Shown: piece by piece, positions 27,136-39,270 of the stretch
Numbering within the stretch: the first letter of the stretch is position 1
Layout: each line of letters begins with the position of its first letter
Origin: Mustelus asterias
Lineage: Eukaryota
Reading direction: 5' to 3'
Length of the DNA: 64,000 nucleotides
NCBI RefSeq assembly: GCF_964213995.1
Contig: NC_135804.1
Location: 68,634,001 to 68,698,000, forward strand
Made by a program: the position numbers and the translations under genes
The notes under the pieces: generated by a model
Database searches by the model: none
Told to the model about the DNA's origin: nothing
Seen by the model: the letters and a program-made list of their open reading frames with translations, nothing else

Positions 27136-27610
27136 CTTCTTGACAGAAGCCAGAGGGTGGTTGTAGAGAGTTGTTTTTCAAACTGGAGGCCTGCGACCAG
27201 TGGTGTGCCTCAGGGATCAGTGCTGGGCCCACTGTTACTTGTCATTTATATTAATGATTTGGATGAGAATATAGGGGGCATGGTTAATAAGTTTGCAGGT
27301 GACACCAAGATTGGTGGCATGGTGGACAGTGAGGAAGGTTATTGCCAATTGCAGTGGGATCTTGATCAATTGGGCCAATGGGCTGACGAATGGCAGATGG
27401 AGTTTAATTTAGACAAATGCGAGGTAATGCATTTTGGTAGATTGAACCAGGGTAGGACTTACTCAGTTAATTTTACGGCGTTGGGGAGAGTTACAGAACA
27501 AAGAGATCTAGGGGTACATGTTCATAGCTCCTTGAAAGTGGAGTCACAGGTGGACAGAATGGTGAAGAAGGCATTCGACATGCTTGGTTTCATTGGTCAG
27601 AACATTGAAT

Positions 27611-27694
27611 TGTGAATTGTGTCCCAGAACATTGTGTGGCTTTTGCTACCAAATAAACCTGTTGGACTTTAACCTGGTGTTGTTAAACTTCTTA
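27611..27694 (+). mobile_element. PLE family A mini-insertion in CR1
   Basis: 13-bp TSD CAGAACATTGAAT at 27598-27610 and 27695-27707. Confidence 0.85.
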
Positions 27695-28142
27695 CAGAAC
27701 ATTGAATACAGGAGTTGGGACGTCTTGTTAAAGTTGTACAAGACAATGGTAAGGCCATACTTGGAATACTGTGTGCAATTCTGGTCACCCTATTATAGAA
27801 AGGATATTATTAAACTAGAAAGAGTGCCGTGAAGATTTACTAGAATGCGACCGGAACTTGATGGATTGAGTTATAAGGAGAGGCTGAATAGACTGGGACT
27901 TTTTCTTTGGAGCGTAGGAGGCTGAGGGATGACGTAATCGAGGTCTATAAAATAATGAGGGCATAGACAAGGTAGATAGTCAATATCTTTTCCGAAAGGT
28001 AGGGGAGTCTATAACTAGAGGGCATAGGCTTAAGGTGAGAGGGGAGAGATACAAAAGTGTCCAGAGGGACAATTGTTTCACACAGAGGGTGATGAGTGTC
28101 TGGAACAAGCTGCCAGAGGTAGTAGTAGAGGCGGGTACAATT

Positions 28143-29492
28143 AAGACCATAAGCCATAAGACATAGGAGCGGAAGTAAGGCCATTCGGCCCATCGAGTCC
28201 ACTCCACCATTCAATCATGGTTGATTTCAACTCCATTTACCCGCTCTCTCCCCATAGCCCTTAATTCCTCGAGAAATCAAGAATTTATCAATTTCTGTCT
28301 TGAAGACGCTCAACGTCTCGGCCTCCACAGCCCTCTGTGGCAATGAATTCCACAGACCCACCACTCTCTGGCTGAAGAAATTTCTCCTCATCTCTGTTCT
28401 AAAGTGACTCCCTTTTATTCTAAGGCTGTGCCCCCGCGTCCTAGTCTCCCCTGTTAATGGAAACAACTTCCCTACGTCCATCCTATCTAAGCCGTTCATT
28501 ATCTTGTAAGTTTCTATCAGATCTCCCCTCAACCTCCTAAACTCCAATGAATATAATCCCACGATCCTCAGACGTTCATCGTATGTCAGGCCTACCATTC
28601 CTGGGATCATCCGTGTGAATCTCCGCTGGACCCGCTCCAGTGCCAGTGTGTCCTTCCTGAGGTGTGGGGCCCAAAATTGCTCACAGTACTCCAAATGGGG
28701 CCTAACCAGTGCTTTATAAAGCCTCAGAAGTACATCCCTGCTTTTGTATTCCAAGCCTCTTGAGATAAATGACAACATTACATTTGCTTTCCTAATTACG
28801 GACTCAACCTGCAAGTTTACCTTTAGAGAATCCTGGACTAGGACTCCCAAGTCCCTTTGCACTTTAGCATTATGAATTTTGTCACCGTTTAGAAAATAGT
28901 CCATGCCTCTATTCTTTTTTCCAAAGTGTACGACCTCGCACTTGCCCACGTTGAATTTCATCAGCCACTTCTTGGACCACTCTCCTAAACTGTCTAAATC
29001 TTTCTGCAGCCTCCCCACCTCCTCAATACTACCTGCCCCTCCACCTATCTTTGTATCATCGGCAAACTTGGCCAGAATGCTCCCAGTCCCGTCATCTAGA
29101 TCGTTAATATATAAAGAGAACAGCTGTGGCCCCAACACTGAACCCTGCGGGACACCACTTGTCACCGGTTGCCATTCTGAGAAAGAACCTTTTATCCCAA
29201 CTCTCTGCCTTCTGTCTGACAGCCAATCGTCAATCCATGTTAGTACCTTGCCTCGAATACCATGGGCCCTTATTTTACTCAGCAGTCTCCCGTGAGGCAC
29301 CTTGTCAAAGGCCTTTTGGAAGTCAAGATAGATAACATCCATTGGCTCTCCTTGGTCTAACCTATTTGTTATCTCTTCAAAGAACTCTAACAGGTTTGTC
29401 AGGCACGACCTCCCCTTACTAAATCCATGCTGACTTGTCTTAATCCGACCCTGCACTTCCAAGAATTTAGAAATCTCATCCTTAACGATGGA
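28143..29492 (-). mobile_element. Young 5'-truncated CR1 LINE nested antisense in CR1; uninterrupted 411-codon RT frame
   Basis: ORF 28227-29462 with [32 protein letters not shown] and the CR1 C-terminus; intact 3' tail. Confidence 0.95.
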
Positions 29493-30747
29493 TTTTATCT
29501 TTTAAAAAGCATCTAGATATTTACATGGGTACGATGGGTATAGAGGGATATGGGCCAAAGGCAGGCAATTGGGATTAGTTTAGGGGTTTTTAAATAAAAG
29601 GGCGGCATGGACAAGTTGGGCCGAAGGGCCTGTTTCCATGCTGTAAGCCTCTATGACTCTAACTCACATTGAACAATATGGCCGTTTGCATATTATCATA
29701 TGCAGTCTGTATAATGAAACTTTGAGGCTGGAGAAATACATTTCTTAAGCGAAAGTGTCACGGCAACCAATGTGTTAAAAATGAACCCTCCCGAACCTCG
29801 GGTAAGGAAGCGAAATCATAGCCGAGTGCTGAAAACTGATCGGGCGGAGCGGGGCGAGGGCGGGGTGCCTGGAAATGTCATGGAGAATGCTCAGCAAATG
29901 CAATCTTCTCGGATTTCAGTTATTTCTTGGAAGGAGGATGGGTTTCGGACTGATCCTGTTTTTATTTTCTCTATTACGGTGTTTGGATGCAATACTCATC
30001 CTTCTGCTCAAGTTAGCATGGGAATCCAACGTCCATATAGACAGATTGAAGGCCGGGTGCCCATAATAAATCAGCACCTTAGTGGCCGTTCTTATCGAAG
30101 CAAAACGTGCTTTAAAGGTTTCTTCCACCTCGATCCCTGCTGCAGCTGTCGAGCACAGCACCCGACGCATTAAGGCAGGCACAAATAATCGGTTGAAATG
30201 AACGACTTCATCATATATTTTCCGTCATTTCCTTTCTTCAGCCAGCAGGGCTGCAGAACTTCGTGGCTTCTCCCCAAGCCCCATCCGGTCCAACACCATC
30301 TACCACCACCGCCCCCCCCCCTCCTCCCGCCCCCCGTCGCTGCCCACCGTCATCAGCGACACACACATACATCATTTTCTTGATATGCCCTCCTTGCCGC
30401 GTTTTATCCTAATAGATCAGAGCAAATGCTGGACAATTAATCAATTTTTACCTTGGTAGATTGAAGACTTTGCATCCTCCAGCTCCTCACAAACAAGCAG
30501 TCATTTCATGGACTGTCGCTCTGCTTGATCAAATTGTTCAGAATTTTGGCCAGTGTGGCAATTCCGTGCATTACTGTTCTCGGAATCATTTTCACAGGTG
30601 CCCGGTCTCACAATACTTTGTTTTCTCATTGAATCGCGGAGTTATGTGGCTTTGTATTGTATCATTGTTCTTGACAGATATTACCTGACCCCCCCCCCCC
30701 CCCCCCCACTCCTGCAATATGATGTCATTTTTATATTTTTCCCATAG

Positions 30748-31047
30748 GAACTTCAGTCAGAGTCACTCAGCTCCCCGAGAGAGTGAACACAAACACCGGT
30801 ACGAACATTTCCTTTCATTGCTCGCTTCCCTTCTTTCAAGATGGCCCACGTGTGAATGTAAACTGGTGGAAAAAGAGTGATAATCAATATCTAAGATCAG
30901 GGCAAAATTACAGAATAATAACTGGATTCAGCGACTTCCTTCGTATAATGAATGTGAGTGTGCAGGACACAGGAGTATACTATTGCATTGTCACGCATCA
31001 AGGCAAAACAGCTGGAAATGGAATAGGATCTAATTTAACAGTATGGG
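30748..31047 (+). CDS. Gene 1 exon: Ig V-set domain, germline-joined VJ type (NKp30/antigen-receptor-like)
   Basis: Pyrimidine tract + AG at 30746-47, phase 1; TSVRVTQLP...ISFHC...VNWWK...LRIMNVSVQDTGVYYC...GNGIGSNLTVW; phase-1 donor G|GTACGT. Confidence 0.9.
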
Positions 31048-31929
31048 GTACGTATAAGAAAAATGCGAGTGAGACCCAACTGACTGCAATATTTCACACT
31101 TCTAAGTGTTCCCACATGTGCTTTGATAGATTTTAATTGTAAATTAAATCCCACGATTAATGCAAAATAGATGAATAGATTCAAATTTGTGTTGAAGGCA
31201 TATTACAATAATTCGGTAATATTGGTCTGCTTTACCTGTTTAGAACTTAGTTGTTTATATTAAAATGCGCCCTAAATTTGGAGGCAGCAAACAATTGAAG
31301 TTAAAAATGCAGTGTTAGCTAATAAGGTGCATGTTTGAACAGTAGTATACACATGTGCCGATTTGCAGATAGATCGTATCTTATTTGGCATTTTAATTTA
31401 GTCGCATTGGTTACAGCTGATTAGAATTCAAAACCTCCCTATTTATGATATCATGGTCCATAGGAAATCGCCTATGACTAATTTTTAAATGTAGCACTCT
31501 TGAGCTACAGCCTCATATTTTCTTATAATTTTGGCCGCCAATAAATAAGATCATCCGGGATCTTGGTGCTGAAGTCTCACCTATTTGCTAAATATTTTCT
31601 AATCAATTTTTAGATTCAGATGTGAAAATCGCCTTCAGCGGAACAGCAAAATAGGCCAACAGCCCAAATTGTATCTAATTGCTTCCCGAGTAGAATAAAA
31701 GATTGAGCGAGATTTTAAATGGGTACGAACTCGCTTACATCCGCGTGTTTTTTTTTATTTTAGCCCGACGATAACAGTTTAAATTTCAAGCGAAATACTA
31801 CCGACACAGGTGAGAATGACCTTTAGGATATAATTAGAGATAATGCAACCTAACTCTCTGTCCTCCCACGACCCCACCAGCAATGGATTGGAACACAAAG
31901 TTTAGCTGGTAATCTGGATTAATGGTATT

Positions 31930-32345
31930 AACTATCACTGAGTTGGTATTACGCTCTCCTTTGTGAGGCACAAGGACCTTGGTTCAAAGCCCAGTCCAGG
32001 AGTTGAGTATAAATATCAAGGCTGACCCTCCAGTGGAATACTCCACGAATCCTGCACTGCCGGGGGTGCATTTCTTCGGATGAATTATTAAGCCTAGTCT
32101 CACTTTGCCGCTAGGGTGGATGTGAAAGATCCCGTATTTTGAAGAAGAGCAGGGGAGTTATCCCGGTGTCCAGGCCAATATTTCTCCTTCAATCAACATC
32201 GTAACAAACATGATCTGATTGTTGTTTTTTGCTGTTGCTGTTTTTGGAAGCTTCTGTTCACAAATTGGCTGCTAAATTTTCATCATTACAACAGTGACTA
32301 CATTTCCAACGTTCTGTTTGGTTGTAAAGCGCTCTGAGACGTCCG
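31930..32345 (+). mobile_element. Deu-domain SINE (SacSINE1/AmnSINE1-like) in the V-C1 intron
   Basis: tRNA-like head (GGTTCAAAGCCC) then GTGGATGTGAAAGATCCC...GAAGAAGAGCAGGGGAGTTATCCCGGTGTCCAGGCCAATATTT, recalled as the Deu-domain motif. Confidence 0.7.
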
Positions 32346-32386
32346 CAGTGTGAAACTACCAATCTTTCAATTCTTTATTGTTCTAG

Positions 32387-32698
32387 TTCCGTCAACAACA
32401 CTGAAAATTAACTCTCAGCAACTTGAAACGGATCCAGCTGCAACTCTTATTGTTCTGTGCACCACATCTCCTTTTCCCCCGAAGAATATTAGCTTCATTT
32501 GGTATAAGGATGGCGCTATAACTAAAATAGGGATAAATACCATCATTAAACCCAGCACCAATGGACTATATGAAGCTTCAAACCGGTTGCAAGAGACGCA
32601 ACCTGTCCGATCCCTAACTGTTTACACCTGCCTGGTCTTTCACAGTACACTCCAAATTCCAGCCATAACCACTCACATTGTCACCTACCCAAACACAG
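32387..32698 (+). CDS. Gene 1 exon: Ig C1-set domain
   Basis: TTCTAG acceptor, phase 1; LIVLCTTSPFPPKNISFIWYKDG...NGLYEASNRL...YTCLVFHSTL; donor G|GTAAG. Confidence 0.9.
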
Positions 32699-33184
32699 GT
32701 AAGATTGCAGGTCTCGGTTATTGCAGATTGAAGCGTTTCTGTGGCTCTCCCGGGTCAGTAAAATCTACTTTCTGATGTATTGTCCTATTTCCACACTTGT
32801 CAGCACATTTTAAATCCGCGAAAGTTAAGTTAATCGGTTTTAATCAAGTTTAATTCCATTTCAAAAGCTTCACGATTGCTGTTTCATCGTGCGTCTCTCC
32901 CAGGAATTCTGGAGTCACGGAGCAGGTGTGCAGCTGAGTCCTTGGGAAATAATTCCCGATTGATTCGTGGAGACAAAAACGCCCTTACCTGAATCCCACA
33001 ATCTGGGCTCAAAATCTGATGCAAATTGCCAAGTTACCAGTTAGACACTTTACAATATTAAATACTTCACATTGACATTTTCAATCGCAATCTCGTTACA
33101 AACAGCAAAGAAGATTAAATTGAGGTCTGAGAAAATATATTTTTCCATATAGCTGCACCGCCGTGAATAAAACGTTGAAGTAGC

Positions 33185-33410
33185 AAAGAGCCCAATATTT
33201 ACATAGCAACAGGTCCGTGCAGAAGGAAACAGAGTTGACATTTCGAGCCCAATATGACATTTCTTCAAATAATTCTAGTTTTCTTGAGTTCTCAAGTCAT
33301 ATTAGACTCGGAACGTTAGCATAGATGTTGCCAGATCCGCTGAGTATTTCCAGCACTTCCTGTTTTTATTAAATTCAGAATTCCAGACGCTACAACATTT
33401 TGCTTTTATC
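33185..33410. mobile_element. Old PLE family B-like inverted pLTR remnant in the C1-TM intron
   Basis: TTTCGAGCCCAATATGAC ... GTCATATTAGACTCGGAACG inverted pair, then GATGTTGCCAGATCCGCTGAGTATTTCCAGCA similar to family B. Confidence 0.55.
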
Positions 33411-33483
33411 CCATTACTTACTCACATTGGGTTTTAAAAAGGCATATGACTCATATTTTACATGTGTTTCATTAATATCTCAG

Positions 33484-33710
33484 TTCATGAAAGGCTCTTA
33501 CTGATTTCCAGATGTGCATGGGGTGGATTGGTCTTTCTAGTGGTGACTCTTGTCATTTGGAAACGATGTCAGTTCCAAAGAGATAATAAATGTTTTCTTT
33601 CGTTTAAAAATAGCGCGAAAGACAGGGTGGGGGGAGACTCTGTGGAACTCCAACGTAGACCATTGAGGCCGGCTGATCGTTTTCAATGCTGTAAATTCCA
33701 TGTAACCTAG
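33484..33710 (+). CDS. Gene 1 exon: transmembrane (Arg-containing) and short cytoplasmic tail
   Basis: CTCAG acceptor, phase 1 compatible with the C1 exon; HERLLLISRCAWGGLVFLVVTLVIW followed by KR stop-transfer; 3' limit (TAG at 33708-33710) uncertain. Confidence 0.75.
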
Positions 33711-33744
33711 AATCAGTATTGTTCAAATTACAAATAGTAATTAC

Positions 33745-36730
33745 AGCCAGATTAGGCAGGATTTGGTGGCTGTTGATTGGGAGAGTCTGTTCGAGAGTAA
33801 ATCCACATCTGGCATGTGGGAGTCTTTTAAGGAACAGTTGATAGGACTGCAGGACAGGCATGTGCCTGTAAAGAGGAAGGATAGGAAAGGTAGGATTCGG
33901 GAGCCTTGGATAACCAGTGAAACTGTGGGTCTAATCAAAAAGAAAAAAGAGGCATACATGAGGTCCAGGCAGCTAAAAACAGATGGAGCACTGGAAGAAT
34001 ACAGAGAAAGTAGAAAAGAACTCAAACAGGGAGTTAGAAGGGCAAAAAGGGGTCACAAAATGTCCTTGGCAGAGAAGATTAAGGAGAATCCTAAGGCATT
34101 TTATACATACGTTAGGAACAAGAGGGTTGTTAGGGAAAGAATTGGACCTCTCAGGGACAAAGGAGGGGAATAATGCTTAGAACCAAACGAAGTAGGAGAG
34201 ATCCTAAACGAATACTTTGCATCAGTATTCACAAAGCAGAAGGACATGTTGACTGGTAGTGTCTCAGAGAGATGTGTTGACCCGTTAGAAAAAATCTCAA
34301 TTACAGCAGAGGAAGTGTTAGGTTTTTTAGGAAACATCAAGACAGACAAATCCCCAGGGCCAGATGGCATCTATCCTAGGCTCCTCAGGGAGGCAAGAGA
34401 TGAAATTGCTGGGCCTCTAACAGAAATCTTTGTCTCTTCACTGGACACAGGTGAGGTCCCAGAGGATTGGAGGATAGCAAATGTGGTCCCATTATTTAAG
34501 AAGGGTAGCAAGGATAACCCGGGTAATTATGGGCCAGTGAATTTGATGTCCGTGGGAGGGAAATTGTTGGAGAAAATTCTTAGAGATAGGATATATGCAC
34601 ATTTAGAACGGAATAATCTCATTAGCGATAGACAGCATAGTTTTGTATGGGGGAGGTCATGCCTCACAAATTTGGTTGAGTTTTTTGAGGAGGTGACAAA
34701 AACAATTGACGAGGGAAGGGCCGTGGATGTCGTCTATATGGAATTAAGTAAAGCGTTTGACAAGGTCCCTCATGGCAGGCTGGTGCAAAACGTTAAATCT
34801 CACGGGATAAAAGGTGAGCTAGCTAGATGGGTGGAGAACTTGCTTAGCCATAGAAGACAGAGGGTAACGGTAGAGGGGTCTTTTTCTGGATGGAGGTCTG
34901 TGACTAGTGGTGTTCCGCAGAGCTCTGTACTGGGACCTCTACTGTTTGTGATATATATAAATGATTTGGAGGCAGATGTAGCTGATGTGACCAATAAGTT
35001 TGCGGATGACACAAAGATTGCTAGAGTTGCAGATAGTGATGAACATTGTCAGAGAATACAGCAGGATATAGATAGGCTGGAACATTGGGCAGAGAAATGG
35101 CAGATGGAATTTAATCCAGATAAGTGTGAAGTGATGCATTTCGGAGATCTAATGTAAGGGGGAGCGATACAATAAATGGCAGAACCATCAGGAGTATAGA
35201 CACACAGAGGGACCTGGGTGTACAAGTCCACAGATCCTTAAAGTAGCAGCACAGGTGGAGAGGGTGGTCAAGAAGGCATATGGCATGCTTGCCTTTATTG
35301 GACGGGGCATAGAATATAAAAGTTGGCATATGATGTTGCAGCTGTATAGAACATAGAACATTACAGCGCAGTACAGGCCCTTTGGCCCTCGATGTTGCGC
35401 CGACCAGAGAAACCAATCTAAAGCCCCTCTAATCTACACTATTCCAATATCATCCATATGTTTATCCAATAACCATTTCAATGCTCTTAATGTTGACGAG
35501 TCCACTACTGCTGCAGGCAGGGCATTCCACGCCCTTACTACTCTCTGAGTAAAGAACCTACCTCTAACATCTGTCCTATATCTCTCACCCCTCAATTTAA
35601 AGCTATGTCCCCTCGTGCTAGCCATCACCATCCAAGGAAAAAGGCTTTCACTATCCACCCGATCTAATCCTCTGATCATCTTGTATGCCTCTATTAAGTC
35701 ACCTCTTAACCTTCTTCTCTCGAACGAAAACAACCTCAAGCCCCTCAGCCTTTCCTCATACGATTTTCCCACCATACCAGGCAACATCCTGGTAAATATC
35801 CTCTGCACCCTTTCCAACACTTCCACATCTTTCCTATAATACGGCGACCAGAACTGTACATAATACTCCAAGTGCGGCCGCACCAGAGTTTTGTACAGTT
35901 GCAGCATGACCTCCTGGCTCCGAAACTCAATCCCTCTACAAATAAAAGCTAACACACCATACGCCTTCTCAACAACCCTATCAACCTGGGTGCCAACTTT
36001 CAGGGATCTATGCACATGGACACCCAGATCCCTCTGTTCATCCACACTACCAAGTATCTTACCATTAGCCCAGTACTCTGCATTCCTGTTACTCCTTCCA
36101 AAGTGAATCACCTCACACTTTTCTGCATTAAACTCCATTTGCCACCTCTCAGCCCAGCTCTGCAGCTTATCTATGTCCCTCGTGTAGAACGTTTGTTAGG
36201 CCACATTTGGAATACTGCGTCCAGTTCTGGTCACCACACTACCAGAAGGAGGCTTTGGAGAGAGTACAGAAAAGGTTTACCAGGATGTTGCCTGGTATGG
36301 AGGGTCTTAGCTATGAGGAAAGATTGGGTAAACTGGGGTTGTTCTCCCTGGAAAGATGGAGGATGAGGGGCGACCTAATAGAGGTGTATAAAATTATGAA
36401 GGGCATAGATAGGGTGAACAGTGGGTAGCTTTTTCTCAGGTCGGAGGTGACGAACACAAGGAGTCACGGGTTCAAGGTGAGGGGGGGCAAGGTTCAACAC
36501 AGATGTCAGGGGGACGTGTTTTACACAGAGAGTGGTGGGGGCCTGGAATGCACTCCCAAGCAAGATGATTGAGGCGGACACACTGGGATCGTTTAAGACT
36601 TATCTAGATGGCCACATGAACAGACTGGGAATAGAGGGATGCAAACGAATGGTCTCGTTGGGCACATGAGCGGCGCAGGCTTGGAGGGCCGGAGGGCCTG
36701 TTCCTGTGCTGTATTGTTCTTTGTTCTTAG
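33745..36730 (+). mobile_element. CR1 LINE (ORF2 tether + RT), split by a nested antisense CR1
   Basis: ORFs 33763-34173, 34246-35157 and 36207-36428 with canonical CR1 motifs; tail matches 20640-20730. Confidence 0.93.
35348..36180 (-). mobile_element. Nested 5'-truncated CR1
   Basis: ORF 35434-36138 (234 aa CR1 C-terminus); TAGAAC present at both junctions. Confidence 0.93.
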
Positions 36731-38347
36731 TTAGAAATACATTTTAATGCAAAATTGACCCATTGGCCGTGTGGTATTTATTCCCTCACCAGCAATGTCC
36801 TGGTTCGATGTGCCTACCTTATCCATTTATCTTTCCTTCTTAAATATTGACATGATTCAGTTACTGATATTGGTTAGTGTTTTCCACATTATCACATATC
36901 TAATTAAAATCGTTTTTCCTGCTCCTTTACACTTAATCCGATCTATCTGTTCTAAACCATTCAATCAATGGGAACAATATGGAGTAATTTCAGCTTTTAA
37001 ACATCGTGAAAAATTTACAATGTTTGCTCAGTCTTAGAGCTCCATTTTCCATATATTTAGAAACCAAAACCGGACGTGGTGTAGAATTGGCAGCCATTCC
37101 GTTTCACGCTATCGCCACAATTTACAGTATTGACACTGTCCCATCCTTCCTTATATTAAACACAAAAAAAACTACCTCACACTCTGACGAAAATAGCACG
37201 ATTTTCAGGAGCTGGTGTAGAGGCGAGTTTATTAAGTTAATCGGACGGTTGTGATGCGTTATTCCGTCAGAAAGCAGTAATCGGTTTGTATTCAACTCAA
37301 CTCAGACATCTGCCAGCCCACTTAATGTTCGCAGAGAGCAATATGACCATGCGGGAGGGAACCAGGGTGGGAGGAGACGCTGCGGAACTCCAACATAGAC
37401 CATTGAGGCCGGTTGGTCGTTTTCAATGCTGTAAATTCCATGCAAACTCGAATCGGTATTGTCATTATTGCAGTATTGGATTCGGCTGTTTGCCTATCGC
37501 AGATAAACTGAGAATATCTGGCTAACATATGATAATGAGCATAATTTTAAACTTTAGGCTAAATCTACCAGCCTTGTCCTGTAATTGTCCATGAATTAAA
37601 TGCTCCCATGTAAATTATTAAACGCCTTTTATTTGCGAAGCCATAGCTCTGCATGTACAGTAGATTTACACCATTGCTTACACATGTCGAGAGCGAATCG
37701 ATTTATTTCGTGCAAAGATCTTATTCCGATGGTTTTGCCTTCGCTGAACTGTCCAGAAGATCCCCCCAACTTATTTTCCTTACAGCTGTTCCCAAATTTA
37801 TTTTCCACATACATCCTTTGCTTCTTGGTAAAGACCAGAGTAATAAGCGCTCTACAGAATCTGAATCATTTCAAATTTTACACGCGCTATGATATATTCA
37901 GCACAGATTGAAAAGATTCGGCATCTTAAACCACCTTCCACCTCGCCTTTCTCTTACGGATTTAGGGTCAACCTTGGTATTTTACTTCTTTCCCTCTTGC
38001 ACTATTCTTCTTTTCTCAGTTTTAATGTGGAAAATAAATCCAGTATTCTAAATGTGATTCCCAAATTCAGTTTTACGTTTACACATGACTTCTGGTATTC
38101 GAGGATTTAGGTACGAGAAATCTACTAGCTGTTCAAGAGACTGGACATTACATAATTGTTACACCACTCTTTCGGTTAGCAACAAAAGTTCGCATTTATT
38201 TGTGTTAAAATTTTAAGCGATCTAATCGCTTTGAAAATCTAGTTAACGTTGACTGGTCTGGTAGTATTGGCACGTGCTTATCACTACATTTCAGTGTATT
38301 TGAAGGAGGTAATGCGATTGGGATGCAGAGCTTTTCAATTAATTTTA

Positions 38348-38687
38348 TAGAATCATAGAAAGATCATAGAAACCCTACAGTGCAGAAGGAGGCCATTCGG
38401 CCCATCGAGTCTGCACCGACCACAATCCCACCCAGGCCCTACCCCCACATATTTACCCGCTAATCCCTCTAACCTACGCATCTCAGGATTCTAAGGGGCA
38501 ATTTTTAACCAGGCCAATCAACCTAACCTTTGGACTGTGGGAGGAAACCGGAGCACCCGGAGGAAACCCACGCAGACACGAGGAGAATGTGCAAACTCCA
38601 CACAGACAGTGACCCGAGCCAGGAATCGAACCCGGGACCCTGGAGCTGTGAAGCAGCAGTGCTAACCACTGCGCTACCGTGCCGCCC
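38348..38687 (-). mobile_element. Full-length HE1-type SINE
   Basis: Minus strand starts GGGCGGCACGGTAGCGCAGTGGTTAGCACTGCTGCTTCACAGC, B box GGTTCGATTCC, CR1-like tail. Confidence 0.93.
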
Positions 38688-39062
38688 TTTTTATTTCCGT
38701 TAACTGGCCTGAAAATCCGGCGGTTTTCCTGTTGGCTGAATATCTGACCGGGTTTATCAGCTCAATTGAGCGAATAAGAACATAAGAACATAGTAGCATA
38801 AGTAAATTCCTATTCTGTGTTCCTGTCCCTGCAGAGACACGCAGATGCCAAATCGCCTTCTGATGTAGCAGCAATGACCAGTTCCCGAAAGAACTCCAGC
38901 GATTAACATTAAAAGAAAGGGCCATTCCCATCGTGAATGGGAATAAGGAGACTGAGATCGCGCACCGTAAACGAAACACCATTGTGTTCAACGACTATAA
39001 TAAATTTCGTTTTAATAATGGACCAGTTTTCATGATGTATTTCCGATTTGCAGAGCCAGTTT

Positions 39063-39270
39063 TAGAATCCATAGAATCCCTACAGTGCAAAAGGAGTCCT
39101 TTCGGATCGTCGAGTCTACACCGATTCTCCGAAAGAGGATCTTACCCAAGCCCACCCACGTCCCCTCTCGTCCGCCTCCGTCCCCCACGCCTCCCCCACC
39201 CACCCCAACCCACGCCACAACCCTGTTAGCACATTGACCATAGCTAATTAACCTCACCTACACATCTTTG
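39063..39270 (-). mobile_element. HE1-type SINE 3' fragment
   Basis: ATAGAATCCCTACAGTGCA... tail, diverged. Confidence 0.7.

Larger units (their letters stand above)
25170..29660 (+). mobile_element. Long CR1 LINE ORF2 (APE endonuclease + RT) with frameshifts and three nested insertions
   Basis: [54 protein letters not shown] in ORFs 25243-27832; resumes after 29493 with the 3' tail. Confidence 0.93.

Noticed and set aside
30748-31100. Rearranging TCR/Ig V segment
   Set aside because: The J-like strand and splice donor are in the same exon, and no CACAGTG/ACAAAAACC signal follows the YYC in either gene
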